A DNA stretch of 64,000 nt, taken from positions 203,769 to 267,768 of the forward strand of contig JAAXWR010000001.1 of the NCBI GenBank assembly GCA_013334825.1. Reading direction: 5' to 3'. The translations under genes were made by a program, and so were the position numbers. How positions within the stretch are numbered: position 1 is the first letter of the stretch; each line of letters begins with the position of its first letter. This DNA comes from Candidatus Yonathbacteria bacterium. Lineage in GTDB: Bacteria > Patescibacteriota > Minisyncoccia > Phycocordibacterales > JACNGX01. Positions 59,787-64,000 of this stretch are shown piece after piece. The notes below the pieces were generated by a model that did no database searches, was not told the origin of the DNA, and worked only from the letters and a program-made list of their open reading frames with translations.

Positions 59787-61181
59787 ATGACTCGTATTTC
59801 CATTAGTAAACTCCATGCATATATCGGGCAAGAAGTTACTCTTGCTGGTTGGGTACATGTGCGTCGTGATCATGGCAAACTTATTTTTATAGATTTGCGT
59901 GACGCAACGGGTATTGTACAGATGGTTGCACTTCCCAATCATGCGGATGCGCATGCGGTTGCATCATTGGTGCGTTCGGAATGGGTCGTCGAAGTGTCTG
60001 GACTTGTGAATAAGCGTCCAGAAAAAATGGTGAATGCGGATGAAGAAAATGGTGATATTGAGATTGAACTCTTAGGGTTAACAGTGCTTAATGAAGCACA
60101 GACACCGCCGTTTGAACTTACGAATGATACATCGGGCATTGATGAGAACATCCGTCTCAAGTATCGATATCTTGATTTGCGTACTGCGCGAATGCAACGA
60201 AATATTCGTACACGAAGCGCGTTTGTGTCATCGTGTCGTCATTATCTTTTTGATAACGATTTTGTCGAAGTGGAGACACCGCTTCTCACTGAGTCAACGC
60301 CAGAAGGGTCGCGCGACTTTGTTGTGCCATCGCGTCTCAATGCAGGGCATTTTTACGCATTACCCCAATCTCCTCAGCAGTATAAACAATTGCTTATGAC
60401 AGGGGGTATGGAAAAATATTTTCAAATTGCGCGTGCCGTGCGCGATGAAGATTTGCGTGCTGATCGTGGCTTTGAACATACACAGGTAGATATTGAAGCA
60501 TCGTTTGTTTCGGAAGAGGATATACGTTCGCTCGTCGAAGATATGATTATCAAATCGGCTGAATCAGCAGGGAAGACTATCAGACAAAAACCGTTTCCAC
60601 GTATGACCTATGCGGAAGCGATGCAGACGTATGGAGGGGATAAATTTGATATGCGCACAGATGAAGAAAAAGAAGCAGGCATACTTGCGTTCGCATGGGT
60701 TGTTGATTTTCCTATGTTTGAGAAGACTGAAGAAGGAACATGGACGTTTACACACAATCCATTTTCTATGCCAAAATTAGAACATCTTGAGTTACTCATG
60801 AAAGGGGAACGCATTGATGAGATACTTGCGCAACAATATGATCTAGTATGTAATGGATATGAATGTGGTGGAGGAAGTGTTCGTGCGCACAAGCCAGAAA
60901 TTCTTCGCGCAACATACAAGATTATGGGATATACCGATGAAGAAATCGAAGCGAGCGTAGGACATATGCTTGAAGCGTTTTCTTATGGAGCTCCTCCCCA
61001 TGGAGGTATTGCTCTTGGTGTTGAACGTATGACCATGATACTTACGGGAGAAACAGAACTTCGTGAGGTGCAAGCATTTCCCATGACACGCGGAGGACAG
61101 ACCGCAGTGATGAATGCACCGAAACCTCTTACAAATAAACAGTTGGATGAGTTAGGAATAGAAGTGAAAAAGAAAAAATAG
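59787..61181 (+). CDS. aspS: aspartate--tRNA ligase, bacterial-type sequence but lacking the GAD insertion domain (464 aa)
   Basis: YALPQSPQQYKQLLM, QIARAVRDEDLRADRGFEHTQVDIE, GGGSVRAH, and C-terminal motif 3 GIALGVERM. YGGDKFDMR runs straight into WVVDFPMFE with no GAD domain. Confidence 0.85.
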   Translation: MTRISISKLHAYIGQEVTLAGWVHVRRDHGKLIFIDLRDATGIVQMVALPNHADAHAVASLVRSEWVVEVSGLVNKRPEKMVNADEENGDIEIELLGLTVLNEAQTPPFELTNDTSGIDENIRLKYRYLDLRTARMQRNIRTRSAFVSSCRHYLFDNDFVEVETPLLTESTPEGSRDFVVPSRLNAGHFYALPQSPQQYKQLLMTGGMEKYFQIARAVRDEDLRADRGFEHTQVDIEASFVSEEDIRSLVEDMIIKSAESAGKTIRQKPFPRMTYAEAMQTYGGDKFDMRTDEEKEAGILAFAWVVDFPMFEKTEEGTWTFTHNPFSMPKLEHLELLMKGERIDEILAQQYDLVCNGYECGGGSVRAHKPEILRATYKIMGYTDEEIEASVGHMLEAFSYGAPPHGGIALGVERMTMILTGETELREVQAFPMTRGGQTAVMNAPKPLTNKQLDELGIEVKKKK

Positions 61182-61320
61182 AAATGAAAAACTATAAACG
61201 ATGAAATACGAAAATAGAAATATGAAATATGAAGACGAAAACTATAAATGGTAAACGATGAAATACGAAAATAGAAATATGAAATATGAAGACGAAAACT
61301 ATAAACGGTAAAATAAAAGC
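61182..61320. repeat. mosaic repeat R4: two tandem ~62-bp units, reverse complement of a module in R1/R2
   Basis: atgaaatacgaaaatagaaatatgaaatatgaagacgaaaactataaa[ct]ggtaaacg x2. Confidence 0.8.
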
Positions 61321-61321
61321 G

Positions 61322-61370
61322 GGGTTTATGCTCCGCTTTTTTATATACAAAAAGAGCCCGTGAGGGCTCA
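61322..61370. terminator. back-to-back terminators for aspS (+) and 61368..61820 (-)
   Basis: aaagcggggtttatgctccgctttttt and gagccctcacgggctctttttg (minus strand). Confidence 0.6.
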
Positions 61371-61820
61371 ATCCTGAGAGAAGTCGAAGGTGGTATTTTT
61401 TTTCAGAAAACCCTCAACTGTATCACCGTATTTTGCGACAAGGGTATTTCCCGATGGGAGATGCGCGACGCACTCATTTATTCTTTGCGCTCTGTAGACA
61501 ATTGTTTTCGCGATATCCTCCAACGATTCACCAGGTTCTGGTATATACATCCGAAAAGATGCATCTTCCCAGTGTTTAAGGAGTCGAAGTGGTTTATCTC
61601 CAGGAGCAACGAAAATTGCAAGAGGGCCGATTTGACAATACCGCGAACGGTTTTCAACGTTTGCAAGACGCAATGTTTCGTTGAGGATTTCCTCAGCCTC
61701 GTTTTGTTTCAAATGGTGCACTTTTTTGTCTTTACTTTTTATAAAAAGGCCGGAAGGGTCGAGAATCCCTCTTCCAAAACTCCCGTCCCCATACCGTGAG
61801 CAGCGGTTCCGGCCGAACAA
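61368..61820 (-). CDS. hypothetical protein
   Basis: 150 aa, no recognised motif. Terminator downstream. Confidence 0.4.
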   Translation of the reverse strand: MFGRNRCSRYGDGSFGRGILDPSGLFIKSKDKKVHHLKQNEAEEILNETLRLANVENRSRYCQIGPLAIFVAPGDKPLRLLKHWEDASFRMYIPEPGESLEDIAKTIVYRAQRINECVAHLPSGNTLVAKYGDTVEGFLKKNTTFDFSQD

Positions 61821-61898
61821 TTACTGAAATGAATATACATGGTAATACTATGTTGGTCAAGGATAGAGGAGAGTGTCTCTTGGTGTACAATATACTAT

Positions 61899-62630
61899 AT
61901 GGAACAAACTGCGTATCAAGTATGTATGCCTGCGTTTGAAGGACCGCTTGAATTGTTATTGTCTTTGATTGAAAAGCGTAAAGTGTTTGCAAGTGATGTA
62001 TCACTTGCAGATGTGGCGGATGAATATATTGTTCATGTGCGAGGACTTGCTTCGTTTCCTATTGCGGATGCGGCTGGATTTTTGCTCGTGGCGTCTACAT
62101 TGGCACTTATTAAATCACGGTCACTCTTGCCAGGACTTGATATTTCTGATGAAGAGAAAGCCGATATTGTTGATTTGGAAGAACGTCTTGCTACCTATAA
62201 AAAAATCGTCGTTCTTGCTAGTGGTATGCGCGAACGTTTTGGCAAGCATATGTTGTTTGGAAAAACGGGGGAGGGAAAAAGAGAAGTCGTATTCGCTCCT
62301 GATGCGAATCAGAACACACAAAGCCTTTGGGGTGCGATACGAGATGTAATCGGACGATTTCCTGAAGAAAAAGAAGCCCTTCCCGAAGCTGTTGTGCGTA
62401 AGGTGGTGAGTTTGGAAGAAACTATTACGCGTCTTGCCGAACGTGTGGCACGAGGACTTTCAGTGAGTTTTCGTGAGTTTGCAGATGCGCGTTCGCGTGC
62501 CGATGTTGTTGTGGGGTTTTTGGCACTTCTTGAACTTGTGAAACAAGGAGCGATTGATGTGACGCAAGGCGAGCGCTTTGGTGATATCACAATGGAATCA
62601 CTTGATACGGGAGTACCAAGATACGGGTAG
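61899..62630 (+). CDS. scpA: segregation and condensation protein A
   Basis: FEGPLELLLSLIEKRKV...DV.LADVADEY kleisin N-terminus. Start MEQTAYQV inside the 61839..62630 ORF. Confidence 0.8.
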   Translation: MEQTAYQVCMPAFEGPLELLLSLIEKRKVFASDVSLADVADEYIVHVRGLASFPIADAAGFLLVASTLALIKSRSLLPGLDISDEEKADIVDLEERLATYKKIVVLASGMRERFGKHMLFGKTGEGKREVVFAPDANQNTQSLWGAIRDVIGRFPEEKEALPEAVVRKVVSLEETITRLAERVARGLSVSFREFADARSRADVVVGFLALLELVKQGAIDVTQGERFGDITMESLDTGVPRYG

Positions 62631-62639
62631 TCGGTTGCT

Positions 62640-63176
62640 GGTTAAATTGTGCTTCTTTTTCCTTTGCCAAGTCTTTCCATTGTTCTCATGTTGAACTTTT
62701 TACATTGGCGAATCATCAGTGAAGGAAGTGTGCACCAAAGTACCCACACCTACCGTTGCCATCCAGCTCCACTTTTACATATAACGAGTATGCTGAATTA
62801 AAATTAATCTGTTCGTTCATTTTTAGTTTGTCATTCTGGGCTTGACCCAGAATCCACGTCTGAGGTGTTATATATTATTACACGACTACGTGGATCTAAA
62901 ATCATGTTCATGATGATAAAGATTGGTTACGAAGTACGAACTTATACGAACATACGAATACTACTGAACACGAACAACTATATTGGTGAGTTTATGTTCG
63001 TACTCATTCATATTTCGTAACCCTTAATTCTTGATTCGGGTTTCCGTCCTATAACCCATCTCCTCTAACCTCTCTCCTACATTCGTCCGTCTTTATAACC
63101 TATCACCTCTAACCTCTTTCCTCTATCCGTTCGTCCCTATAACCTATTTCCTCTCACCTATCTCCTAAAATATGGT
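62640..63176. repeat. mosaic intergenic repeat R5 splitting scpA from scpB
   Basis: Contains ggttacgaagtacgaacttatacgaacatacgaa (identical to 10242-10275), an internal inverted repeat gttacgaagtacgaac...gttcgtactc...ttcgtaac, and the pyrimidine modules cctataacccatctcctctaacctctctcctac... directly upstream of the scpB ATG. Confidence 0.8.
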
Positions 63177-63839
63177 ATGATAGTATCCATGGAAATGGAA
63201 CAAGAGTCTATTGACGGGCTTATTGAGGCGGTACTCTTCTTTAAAGGAGAGCCGGTTTCTCTTGCTGAACTTGCGAAAACAACACATATGACGCTTACTG
63301 AGATAGAATCTGCGGTGGGTGTGTTGTCTACCCGACTTTCTGGTGGTATTCGTTTGATGCGACAAGATGACATGGTGATGCTTGCAACTGCACCAGAATA
63401 CGCTGTGCATATTGAGTCGTTGATAAAAGAAGAACTTTCAAAAGACCTTGGAAAGGCAGGAGCAGAGACTCTCGCCGTTGTTTTGTATATGGGACCGGTA
63501 ACGCGCGCACGTATTGATCATATTCGTGGAGTTAATTCCACATTTATCTTGCGTAATCTTGCAGCGCGTGGACTTGTTGAAAAAATGCCGCATCCCACCG
63601 ATAGTCGAAGTATGCTCTATCGACCGACACTCGCACTTCTCGCACATCTTGGTGTGTCTGATGCGACACAATTACCGGAGTATCGTACAATTCGTGATGA
63701 AATCGGTGTATTTGAACAACGCGCAGCATCACACATACAGAATGACTCTGAAGAATCACAACACACTCTTACGGATGATGAGGGGCATGGAGATAATGAC
63801 GTATTAGATATGCAGAGTGATATGTATGATGATGAATAG
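63177..63839 (+). CDS. scpB: segregation and condensation protein B
   Basis: IEAVLFFKGEPVSLAELAK... tandem winged-helix; acidic C-terminus. Confidence 0.8.
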   Translation: MIVSMEMEQESIDGLIEAVLFFKGEPVSLAELAKTTHMTLTEIESAVGVLSTRLSGGIRLMRQDDMVMLATAPEYAVHIESLIKEELSKDLGKAGAETLAVVLYMGPVTRARIDHIRGVNSTFILRNLAARGLVEKMPHPTDSRSMLYRPTLALLAHLGVSDATQLPEYRTIRDEIGVFEQRAASHIQNDSEESQHTLTDDEGHGDNDVLDMQSDMYDDE

Positions 63840-63847
63840 GCATATGA

Positions 63848-64000
63848 ATGCTATGACTCAACATAACACACCCCACAATGCGGGTGAAAAAAAGATTCTT
63901 GCTGTGCGTATCATTGCGTACACTCTTTTTGCTATCTCTCTCTATATTACAGTTCCAGCTTTTTTTAATATTGTTGCGTCGCCTCATGTTTTGAGTCAGG
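63848..64000 (+). CDS. 5' end of a membrane protein gene (partial, runs off window)
   Basis: MNAMTQHNTPHNAGEKKILAVRIIAYTLFAISLYITVPAFF... Confidence 0.3.

Noticed and set aside
62640-63176. CRISPR array within repeat-rich intergenic regions
   Set aside because: The repeats are heterogeneous modules of different lengths and orientations without a constant repeat/spacer period. No cas genes are present.

Overview
This window is a 64 kb bacterial chromosomal segment with moderate-to-low GC. It is mostly housekeeping genes. A small-genome lineage is suggested by AlaRS ending right after its editing domain, a bacterial-type AspRS lacking the GAD insertion, a short L13, and frequent leaders without Shine-Dalgarno (SD) sequences. 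The Patescibacteria/CPR-like placement is inference only.

Supported genes:
- an ECF sigma factor with a downstream membrane partner
- an FtsX/MacB-type ABC pair and a DEAD-box helicase
- typA/bipA, an HI0933-family flavoprotein, RNase J, secG
- groES-groEL, pcm, a YqeY-domain protein, alaS
- the alpha-operon tail infA-rpmJ-rpsM-rpsK-rpsD-rpoA-rplQ, then rplM-rpsI
- cca, grpE-dnaK, dnaJ-plsC, a 7TM sensor histidine kinase
- trpS, aspS and scpA/scpB

Accessory or unusual content:
1. A low-GC island at 40.3-44.7 kb carries a DpnII/MboI-type GATC restriction-modification operon: a Dam-like methylase, a DpnII-like endonuclease and a second methylase. A GmrSD-family DUF262/DUF1524 gene sits between the first methylase and the endonuclease.
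2. Directly after it, at 44.7-46.7 kb, are three direct copies of a ~150 bp repeat. Each encodes the same C-terminal zinc-ribbon peptide, interleaved with three paralogous small minus-strand proteins (two inside the region, a third at 49.5-49.8 kb) and other small Cys-rich ORFs.
3. A divergent actin-like (FtsA/PilM-type) ATPase with a bitopic membrane protein sits at 30.6-33.5 kb, bracketed by large mosaic intergenic repeats.
4. A high-GC single-gene cassette at 12.6-13.3 kb has a perfect consensus sigma70 promoter, a consensus SD and a UUCG-loop terminator, flanked by a 14 bp direct repeat.
5. A dispersed family of mosaic intergenic repeats is built from shared short modules. Several gene leaders contain pyrimidine CCTCC-type motifs instead of an SD.

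No rRNA, tRNA or CRISPR array was recognised.
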